Assembly: GCF_009914755.1 (NCBI RefSeq)
Contig: NC_060938.1
Direction: 5' to 3' (one strand)
Length of the DNA: 64,000 bases
Source of the DNA: the human T2T-CHM13v2.0 reference genome, Homo sapiens
Part shown: in pieces, positions 44,574-64,000 of the stretch
Position numbering within the stretch: position 1 is the stretch's first letter
Layout of the letters: each line of letters begins with the position of its first letter
The notes under the pieces: generated by a model
Database searches by the model: none
What the model saw: only the letters and a program-made list of their open reading frames with translations
Told to the model about the DNA's origin: nothing
Program-made: the position numbers and the translations under genes

Positions 44574-47127
44574 ATGGCCATGCTCAGGGTCCAGCCCGAG
44601 GCCCAAGCCAAGGTGAGCGCCGCGGGGTCTAGAAAGGGCCCACTGGGGAGGCGTGGCTGGAGCGGCCGGGGGCATCCCCGACCCGCCCCCCAGGCTCCCA
44701 CGCGAGTCGGGGGCAGTCGGCCGAGCTGGCGCGCCCGGAGCACCTGCGCCCCGGGGAGGGCGGCGACTGCTGCCTGCGGGGAGAGGCGAGGCGGCCGTGG
44801 TTCTGCGGGGTGAGGTGAAGCGGAGAGCTGGCGTGGAGGGGAACTCCGCTGGCCTGGGGCCGGGGCCACACACAGACTGGGTGCGGGACTGCCCCAGCTA
44901 CCTTCTGGCCTTTCCCTCAGGGAGGGTCCCGGGGCCCACCCCATCCCTGTCCTACTTGCAGAGGACTCTCAGCACCCCTCCTCACACCTGCCAGGCGACC
45001 CCAGAGATCTGTTCTCACGTGAACACTGGCCCTTCACCGCCAGGAATGTTCTCATCCCCCATATCCAGCCCCAGGGATACCCACTCCACTTTCCGTAGAT
45101 CCAGGTCTGCAGAGATCCACCTTCTCCACCACCCCAACCCACCCTACAGGCATCCATCTCGCTTTCTTCAGGTCTGGCCTTAGAGGGATCCCCTCCACCC
45201 TTCCCCAGGTCAGGCCCTACATAACCCTAAGGGAACTGTCCTCAAATGAACTGGCCTTAAAGCCAAGTTTCTGAAGGGATGCGTGTGCCCCACAGGTGGA
45301 TGTGTTTCGTGAAGACCTCTGTACCAAGGTAAGACATGCCCCATCAGCGTGGCCCCACCCCTGCCCAACTCCTACTGCTCAACCCTGCCTCACTACCTAG
45401 GACGGGCATTTGATGCTGACTCCCATCCTCCTCCACCCCCACCTCACACACAGACAGAGAACCTGCTCGGGAGCTATTTCCCCAAGAAGATTTCTGAGCT
45501 GGATGCATTTTTAAAGGTACCGCGGCTGGGCAGGGAGCTAGGGAGTAAAGGCCAAGAGAAGAGTCTGGAGGCTGTGAGAGTGAGGTGAGAGGAACTCCCT
45601 CACCTCCAGCCCTCCTCCCACCCTACACCAGGAGCCAGCTCTCAATGAAGCCAACTTGAGCAATCTGAAGGCCCCATTGGACATCCCAGTGCCTGATCCA
45701 GTCAAGGAGAAAGAGAAAGAGGAGCGGAAGAAACAGCAGGAGGCAAGCTGGGAAGACCTGGGAGAAGGGATCCAACTATGGGGGTAATCAACCTTAGTCC
45801 TGACTCTCATGAGCTCCTCTCTTTCTGCAGAAGGAAGACAAGGATGAAAAGAAGAAGGGGGAGGATGAAGACAAAGGTACTTGAAACCACAATGGTGGGA
45901 AGAGACTTGAGTCCCACTCACAGGAGCTCCTCCTAAGGATTTCTTTCCAGTCTCCCCTTCGCCCCTCACACAGGCTCAATCATGTGACTGACCCATTGCT
46001 CACTCTCTAGGTCCTCCCTGTGGCCCAGTGAACTGCAATGAAAAGATCGTGGTCCTTCTGCAGCGCTTGAAGCCTGAGATCAAGGATGTCATTGAGCAGC
46101 TCAACCTGGTAAGCCCTCCCCCTTAAACTCTCAGGCTTCAAGTCAAACCATTGTCCTCTTGGTCCCTGCCATTTAGGGCCTGGCACTTGCCAGGTTTTAG
46201 CAAGAGAGGGCACAGCAAGTGAAACCAGAAGTCCAGGCCCTGGGGCTCAGGATAGACCCGGCACGCCTCCACCCAGTGTGGGGAGGGAAGCAAGGGAGAA
46301 TATGAAACTGGGAATTGGGTAGAGGGCTGATGTGGCATTATGCCATTCCCTCTTCCCAGGTCACCACCTGGTTGCAGCTGCAGATACCTCGGATTGAGGA
46401 TGGTAACAATTTTGGAGTGGCTGTCCAGGTGAGAGCGCTGCCCCACTTCCCTGCTCTTTTCTAGTCCATGCTTCCTTCCACTTTCCCCCTTGCTTTTTTT
46501 CCCTAGGAGAAGGTGTTTGAGCTGATGACCAGCCTCCACACCAAGCTAGAAGGCTTCCACACTCAAATCTCTAAGTGAGTGACCACCCATGTGCACACTG
46601 TTTTTGTTTTGGGAGACCTCCTTCTTCTACTCCATACACACTTCTCCTTCCACAGGTATTTCTCTGAGCGTGGTGATGCAGTGACTAAAGCAGCCAAGCA
46701 GCCCCATGTGGTAGGTGAGGCCCAGGTCAGGGTGCATGGGGGAAGGACACATGTAAGGTCAGGCCTGACCCGAGCTTCCCACAGGGTGATTATCGGCAGC
46801 TGGTGCACGAGCTGGATGAGGCAGAGTACCGGGACATCCGGCTGATGGTCATGGAGATCCGCAATGCTTATGTGAGGAGGCAAGGGCAGGGCAGGGGTGG
46901 GCAGAGGCAGCTTTCCCAGGCCACCCACTCCCTGACCCTGCAGGCTAGGGGTTAAGGGTGACAAAGCTCAGCTTCTCCACAAGGCTAGAAATGGGGCACA
47001 GAGCCACTGGAGGCCTCTGACTGACCTCTACTCCCTGGCCCTGTAGGCTGTGTTATATGACATCATCCTGAAGAACTTCGAGAAGCTCAAGAAGCCCAGG
47101 GGAGAAACAAAGGGAATGATCTATTGA
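44574..47127 (+). CDS. PSME1: Proteasome activator subunit 1 (PA28 alpha); 11 exons, 249 aa
   Basis: Exons 44574-44612, 45296-45328, 45454-45516, 45632-45742 (GC donor), 45831-45876, 46011-46108, 46360-46428, 46507-46574, 46656-46710, 46785-46871, 47047-47127; sum 750 nt. KEKE insert, activation loop IPRIEDGNNFGV, C-terminus KGMIY. Confidence 0.98.
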
Positions 47128-47249
47128 GAGCCCTCTCTCCCATTCTGTGATGAGTACAGCAGAGACCTTCCTGCTTTTTACTGGGGACTCCAGATTTTCC
47201 CCAAACTTGCTTCTGTTGAGATTTTTCCCTCACCTTGCCTCTCAGGCAC

Positions 47250-47295
47250 AATAAATATAGTTATACCACTGCCCATCAGCCCAAGTCTCTTTATT
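47250..47295. terminator. Convergent poly(A) signals of PSME1 (+, 47250-47255) and EMC9 (-, 47290-47295)
   Basis: AATAAA on each strand, 34 nt apart. Confidence 0.85.
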
Positions 47296-47320
47296 GGAAC
47301 CGGGCCCCGCTGGCCCTGGC

Positions 47321-49613
<2,293 letters not shown>

Positions 49614-50668
49614 GGCGAGCGAGGCCTGGACGGGAAGCAGCAAGCCGGATTAGTACCGGATTAGGCGAGCCGGTGCCTAGCTCGCGTCCGTGAAGCTCCC
49701 TCCAGCGCTTCGGCACGCTCTTTGACCCTTCCCCGTGCCCTCTCACTTCGGTTCGGCGACAACGCTAACTCGACTCGCAGGTAGCCCGCCGGCTCCCGGC
49801 GCCCTGGGTCCCGGAGTCCGCCCCCGGCCCAGTCCAGGAGGAGGTCCCGATTGCATCCGAGCCCCGCCTTCCCGCGCCCCTAGCTGGCGGCCGCGACTCT
49901 GCGCCTGCCTGGGAGACAGACCAAACTGCAGCTCCCTGCAGAACTGGCTCCTGGAGTCCCGCCCACGTGGTGCTCCTTGATAGGGCTAAAGGCTTTCAAT
50001 TTGTCCAATCAGCGGCCGCGCCCCAACGTTGCCCCGCCTTTGTCTCCAGCGGACTGGAAAGAACCCACCATTGTGAAGCACAGAAAATTGCCCGCACTCT
50101 TATTGGCTAGGTTCCCCGACTTCCGCTCTCGGTTGGTGGTTGGCTTTGCCTGTTACCTGTGTTGCCCACTACCACTCGCTCCGCCGAGCCCCAAGGATGG
50201 ATCGCTATCCCGTAGCCGGGTGTTCCGGAGCGCTGCGGGCAAAGCAGACCGCCTTGCGCCTATTATGGGTTGAGTGGCTCTGTACTCTAGATCGGCTCTG
50301 TCACTTACTAATGGGCCGTGTTGCCTTCGCGACTGCAGGTTTTCTTGCCCTTGGTTTATCTTTTGCCCGTGTTCCTTTAAGGATTTAATGAGATATGTAT
50401 GGGGGCAGGCTTCCAGCCAGTCTAGTGCTTCGCAGCACATTCTTATCTCATATTTTATGACAGGATAAGGCCCTGAATTAAAGAACAATCCCATGGAGTT
50501 TACAGCAAGATCACAGCAAAGGAACCCTTGTCTCTATCACCAGCCCAGGGCTGAATCTTGAAAAGCAGAGATAAAGACAGTGATTGGCTGAAGGGGATAT
50601 GGGGGAGGACAGTAAGAAAAACTTACAGATTCATCCTTCCCATAATGTCCTGCGATGTATTTCCTTCA

Positions 50669-51132
<464 letters not shown>

Positions 51133-51318
51133 TCATTCCTGATGTTGACCACAGAACTTTCCCCTTGTGTATCCAAAGCCTGATTATTCCCATAAGGGCT
51201 CTGTGCAAATGCCATCTCTTCCAATAATTCCTGAGACCTCTGGATGAAAATAATACTGTTACATTCCAAAATACAGGTTATCTGCATGGCTGCCATGGCA
51301 TGTAACAATCCCCACCCT

Positions 51319-51540
51319 AGGCACTCAGGGTGAAGGACTTGGACTATAAACCCAATGGAGAAGATAGCCCTTCAACCTCTGTGACTTTTCTAAAGCTACT
51401 TTCCCCCCTTTTTGCCTTAGATGGAAACAGATAAGCAGGAGAAGAAAGAAGGTAAGTGAGATAAGAGGTGACTAGGGAAGGGGAGATGGCACATTGACTA
51501 CTGGATGAGAAAGGGCCTGAATCCCCTCTTTCTCACAGTC
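51319..51540 (+). repeat. 222-bp inverted duplicate of PSME2 intron4-exon5-intron5 (partner 53463-53684)
   Basis: Base-by-base comparison with the reverse complement of 53463-53684: 218/222 identical, no gaps. Confidence 0.95.
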
Positions 51541-51693
51541 AAGATTACAGTGGGCATCTAAGTCATCTTTGTCTTTGTGACACCCACCCCTTCCCACCAC
51601 ATTCATCTTCAGGCTGGACATAGGTGCCACTCAATAAATGCTTTTTGAATGAATGACACACGCCAGAAGGGAATCCACACAACATATAGATCA

Positions 51694-51699
51694 TTTATT
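51694..51699 (-). terminator. PSME2 poly(A) signal
   Basis: Minus-strand AATAAA 18 nt after the stop codon. Confidence 0.85.
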
Positions 51700-51717
51700 T
51701 TCCTTCTAGTCCCGGGT

Positions 51718-54700
51718 TCAGTACATAGATGGCTTTTCTTCACCCTTTGGGTTGACAATTTTCTCCAGGTTGCTGCTGATGATATGATAAAGCTCAGCCT
51801 GGGAGAAGGCCAGAGTGCAAGAGTCAGGTTCTTAGCCAATCCCCTGCCTGCCCCCACTCATCCACCTCCCCTAAAGCCTTACTCCACACTCACATAGAAG
51901 GCCCTCAGGTCCAGCACCATGGCCCTGAGCTCCCCATAGGCTGCCTCATCTCGCTCATGCACCAAGGCCCGGTAATCCATCTGCAATGTGGGAGGCAAAG
52001 CTGAGTCAGTCCCATGGGAGGCTGGGACATGAGTCTGGTTTCCTTTTATAGGAAATAGGTTAACTTGAGAATGAACCCCTTCTTAGCACCAAGAAATAGG
52101 ATCCCAAAGGACTGAGCAGAGAAAAGGGTCAAGGTTGTTGAAGCCCAAACCAGTTTTTCTAGGTAATGCTTTTAGCTTAATATTCTCCACATTGGGAAAG
52201 TCACAAACAAGACAAGGAGGACTTCTTCCTCCACACCTCCTCGTCCCACACCCAGCTAAAAGGCTGGTGGACTATCCACTCACTACATGAGTCTCCTTGG
52301 AGGCCTTGGCCACAGCATCCCCACGTTCTGAGAAGTACCTGCCAGAAGCAAGGGAATACCACAGGAATGAGTGTTCAGGGAGATGTACTCCCTCAGACCC
52401 TTCCCAAAGTCTCCCATCATCCTGATAGGGCTGCCCAGCTCTGGGGGTCCCAAAGAAATGCTCCTACTGCCCCCAATGCTGGTCCTCCAGCTGCCCTCAC
52501 TTGGAAATGGTTGTCTGGAAAGCTTCCACTTTGGTCTTGACGGCATTCACCCTCTCCAGCACCTTCTCCTGTGGTGACACGGGAGGCAAAGACAACACTT
52601 CATGTCCTCCCCATTTCATACACTATCTTCCTCCTCCTCCTGGTTCATGTCTAGCTCACCCCCTGAGGCTCTCCCCACTCTAAGTATCTTCAGTTACCCT
52701 TTTCTTACCTGGATTGCTACCCCAAAATCATTTCCATCTTCAATCTTGGGGATCAGGTGTTGGATCCATGTAATCACCTGTGTTAAGAGGTATCATGTAA
52801 GAATCATTCAACAAACATACTGAGTTCTTCCTATTACTGTCACTTCCTAAAAAAAGTTATATTTAATTGGGTACTTATTACATACCAGGTACTGTGCCAT
52901 GTATTTATTTCATGTAATCATCACAGCAACCTTCAGAGATATGTATTTATTGTACCCATTTAACAGATGAAAAAACTGAGTCACAGAATGTCTAAGTGAC
53001 TTACTTAAGGCTACCAGCTAGGTAACTGATAGAATCACGATTTGAACCTAAGCAGTCTCTCTCTAGGGTCCAATCTTTTAAAACAATTCACTCACTATAT
53101 CATACCACCTCTACTATGAACCCAATACAGCAGTAGGTTCTGAGGTTACAGAGTGGATACTGCACAGTCTCTAATTTTGGGGGTACCGTTGTGATAAGAG
53201 AGGTCTAACAGAACGAGGAGAACAAAGGGGATCTAAGCCCAAGGCACAGAAGGAAGTTTTCTTTTTCAGGACTAGGTCTCTGTATGAAGGACTTGTATCT
53301 ACGGAGGAGTCCAGGGCCTCACCTTGTGTGTCTTCTCTTTCTGCTTCCCCCATTTCCCAGGCTTACCAGAATGCATTTCTCTTTGAGAGTCCAGACTTCT
53401 GGCTTAACCAGGGCAAGCAGGGACAGGACTTTCTCATTCCCAGGGAGAAATCCACACTTAGGGACTGTGAGAAAGAGGGGATTCAGGCCCTTTCTCATCC
53501 AGTAGTCAGTGTGCCATCACCCCTTCCCTAGTCACCTCTTATCTCTCTTACCTTCTTTCTTCTCCTGCTTATCTGTTTCCATCTAAGGCAAAAAGGGGGG
53601 AAAGTAGCTTTAGAAAAGTCACAGAGGTTGAAGGGCTATCTTCTCCATTGGGTTTATAGTCCAAGTCCTGCACCCTGAGTGCCTCACCTCATCATCCTTG
53701 GGTGGAGGGTCTGGGATGGGGATGTCCAGTGGGGCCCGGAGGGAAGTCAAGTCAGCCACATTGAGGGAGTCCTCCTGCACAGAGCTCACTGTCAAGGGCT
53801 GCCCAACCTCTTCCCTTCATCCTAGGTCACAGCCTTCCCTCCATACATCCCACTTGCACTCTGCCTCCCAACCTAGGCTCATGCCTCACGCCATCCTAAT
53901 GTTCCTAATCCACTATTTGAAACTATTCTCTGCATGCTGAATCCAGTTGTTAGCTAGAGAGGGTGGGCAAAGGGGATAGAGGACATAGGATGGGGCAGAA
54001 GGGGCCCACACTACTCACTTGCAAGAGCTGATTCAGGTATATGATTTTCTGTGGCAAGAATCTGTAGAGGAATTCCTCAGCCTGTGGGTTACATTGCAAG
54101 GGAGGGGAATCACAGAATATGCTCAATGAGATGTCTGACAAATGGAACTGGAAGGGCCTTTGGAAATCACTGGGTCCAAGACTTGCAAATGAGGAAACTG
54201 AAGACCTGAAAATGAAAGGACTTGCCCAAGCTGGTAAATGGCAGAACGAAGGTTAGGACTGTGATATTCCTGCTTTGGAAGCCATGGTTTTTTTCCTCCA
54301 CATCAAAAGACGGGAGAAGTGCCAGAAGTCGGGAGAGTCATAAGAAAGGTCAGATTAAAGGTAGCTATCAATAATTCCGGGGTTACTTTGGGTGAAGGCT
54401 TGGTAAGGGAAGTAGGGTTAAGTCTAGGGTGACTTGGGGGGGTCATTCTGAGAGGCTGTTATCCTCAAGTATTGGTCCAAGATTCTGGGTCAAATCGCTC
54501 AAATCCAGAGACTTACCTCCTGGAAAAGATTCTGTCTGAAGACCTCCACCTACACAGAGAGCAGTACCCGGATGTTGGTTAAGGGTCTGGGTTGTCAAAA
54601 GCTTCCACCCACAACAGGGTGCCCTCGAACTGTGGCTCAGGCCTTTCTCACCACAAACTAGCTTTCCCTGGAAGCTCCTGCTCACTGCAGTCAGAAGGCA

Positions 54701-54890
54701 GGAATCTGGGAATCCCCGAGAAGTGAAGGCACTAGCGAGATTGGGGGAGTTCTCTGGCACTGCTTGGTCCCCTGAACCACCCAGCTTGGCCTCCACCCAA
54801 GAGGGTTCTATGACCCCTTCCTGGCCTCCGATTCCCCATTACCTGTTTGCGGGCTTCCCCGCTCAGGCGCACCCCACACGGCTTGGCCAT
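51718..54890 (-). CDS. PSME2: Proteasome activator subunit 2 (PA28 beta); 11 exons, 239 aa
   Basis: Minus-strand exons 54890-54843, 54549-54517, 54081-54019, 53774-53688, 53582-53552, 53464-53367, 52777-52709, 52568-52501, 52338-52284, 51980-51894, 51798-51718; sum 720 nt. [12 protein letters not shown] loop, ends KPSMY. Exon sizes 33/63/98/69/68/55/87/81 equal those of paralog PSME1. Confidence 0.98.
51798..51875 (-). ncRNA. MIR7703: Mirtron-like microRNA at the 3' end of the last PSME2 intron (miR-7703)
   Basis: Minus-strand 51820-51798 reads UUGCACUCUGGCCUUCUCCCAGG, matching my recollection of mature hsa-miR-7703; it ends at the 3' splice site with a G-rich 5' arm upstream. Hairpin limits approximate. 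Confidence 0.6.
54708..54717. promoter_or_regulatory. NF-kB consensus site in PSME2 intron 1
   Basis: GGGAATCCCC matches GGGRNWYYCC. Confidence 0.55.
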
Positions 54891-54935
54891 GCTGCTTCAG
54901 TCGCTAGATCTCTGGTCTCCCGGCTAGTCGCCCGG

Positions 54936-54947
54936 GCTTTCGCTTTC
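54936..54947 (-). promoter_or_regulatory. ISRE/IRF-E of PSME2 within the PSME2/RNF31 divergent CpG island (about 54850-56420)
   Basis: GAAAGCGAAAGC on the minus strand, 46 nt upstream of the PSME2 ATG. Confidence 0.8.
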
Positions 54948-56007
54948 ACTCCCCAGGTCCAGGCCCGCCCCCCTCAACCCCGCCCCCTTTCTTCTTTCCG
55001 CCCCCCTCCTCCCGCTGGCAGGCCGCAAGCAGTAGGTAGCCCCTCAGCCATTCCCAGCCAGTTGCCACTAGGAGAGGCGGTGCTGGCTGGGTCACAGTCC
55101 AGGGGCTGCCCGAGGGAGGGGCTAGGGTAAGTGGGACCGCGGAGACTGGAGCGGGGGCTGTCCCTCGGAGAGGGGCGGGGCTTATAGCTAGGGCCAACTG
55201 GAAGTCCAGGGTTGGGGTAAGAGAGGTGGGAGTATGGCAAAGGGGGTATTCAGTGGCGGGGCTCCCCCAAGAAGGCTCGACCGCAAGTAGCGGACGGAGA
55301 GAGATCAGAGCGAGTGGGAGGGGCAGCCAGAGGGAGCGCCTGGGGTGGAGAAGGACTAGCAGCTCTTAGAAGAGAGCGGGCAGGGGTTGGGTGAGGGTCT
55401 TCCCTCTGCCTTCAGGACAGACCGGAGATGGGGCGGGACTCGCTCGAGAGGGGTTAGGGCCGGCCAGAGTCGGTTCCCCTGCAGGGTGGGACTTCCTCGG
55501 TGAGGCCCGGAGCGTACCGGACTGGTCCAGCTAGAAAAAGAAAGGTTTTGAGCTGAATAGGATAACCCCGCGCCTGCGGCTATCCGGAAGGGGTGGAACC
55601 AGATTGGGGGAAGGCGGGGAAGAGCGCTTGACTGAGGGAAGATGCTGGCGCGCTCTGAGGGAGGAGCCAGGAGCCATTTGCCTTCTCATTGGTTGGGACC
55701 TGGCCCTCCCTCTTGGCCGCGCCCCCTGGTTTCCTGACACCGCTCCAACCTTAACCTTAAGCCCCGCCCGTTCCTCCGAAATTGGGTCGCAGTCCCACCC
55801 TCTCTCCTAGTACTTCCTGTTCTCGGCTAACCCTGGCGCTGGGCCGGGGGCTGGAGAGTGACCGTGGTCTGAGTGACCTGGGGCGGCTGCGTGGGCCGGG
55901 GTGGGCCTCAAAGCCGGGCACCAGACGGGAGGGGCGGCGCTCGGGCCGCGCGCTGCCCGCGCCGGGTCCTGGCGGGCGGCGAGGCTGGGGCTGACTCCTG
56001 CCTCAGG

Positions 56008-64000
<7,993 letters not shown>

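Noticed and set aside
43947-44813. 288-aa ORF in frame with PSME1 exon 1, and 235-aa antisense ORF 44237-44944
   Set aside because: Low-complexity G/R/P/A translation of a CpG island where stops are scarce; upstream ATGs lie 5' of the likely TSS/ISRE.
55000-55560. Plus-strand donor-like sites (about 55127, 55217, 55390, 55500) as an alternative RNF31 first exon
   Set aside because: Several candidates and no way to choose among them without transcript data.

Overview
Human genomic DNA, recognisable from the encoded proteins as the gene-dense 14q11.2-q12 cluster. Left to right: PCK2 (+, 10 coding exons, 640 aa), an Alu/LTR/L1-rich interval, DCAF11 (+, 546 aa), FITM1 (+, 292 aa), PSME1 (+, 249 aa), EMC9 (-, 208 aa), PSME2 (-, 239 aa) and the first 14 exons of RNF31/HOIP (+, cut by the window end). 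I traced each exon by hand; the six complete CDSs splice into uninterrupted frames. I found no new protein-coding gene. The most unexplained structure is a 222-bp, 98%-identical inverted copy of PSME2 intron4-exon5-intron5 just past the PSME2 poly(A) signal, with ends almost exactly at splice sites. Also notable: a TSD-flanked retroposed insert with two AATAAA/poly(A) units (LTR-like 3' end plus an extra tail) at the window start, a 5'-inverted human-specific pre-Ta-type L1, a MIR-derived intronic poly(A) signal that would truncate PCK2, a GC-AG intron in PSME1, and an identical ISRE 12-mer in PSME1 and PSME2. Gene, miRNA and repeat-family names come from my recall of known sequences, not a database search; repeat boundaries are approximate.
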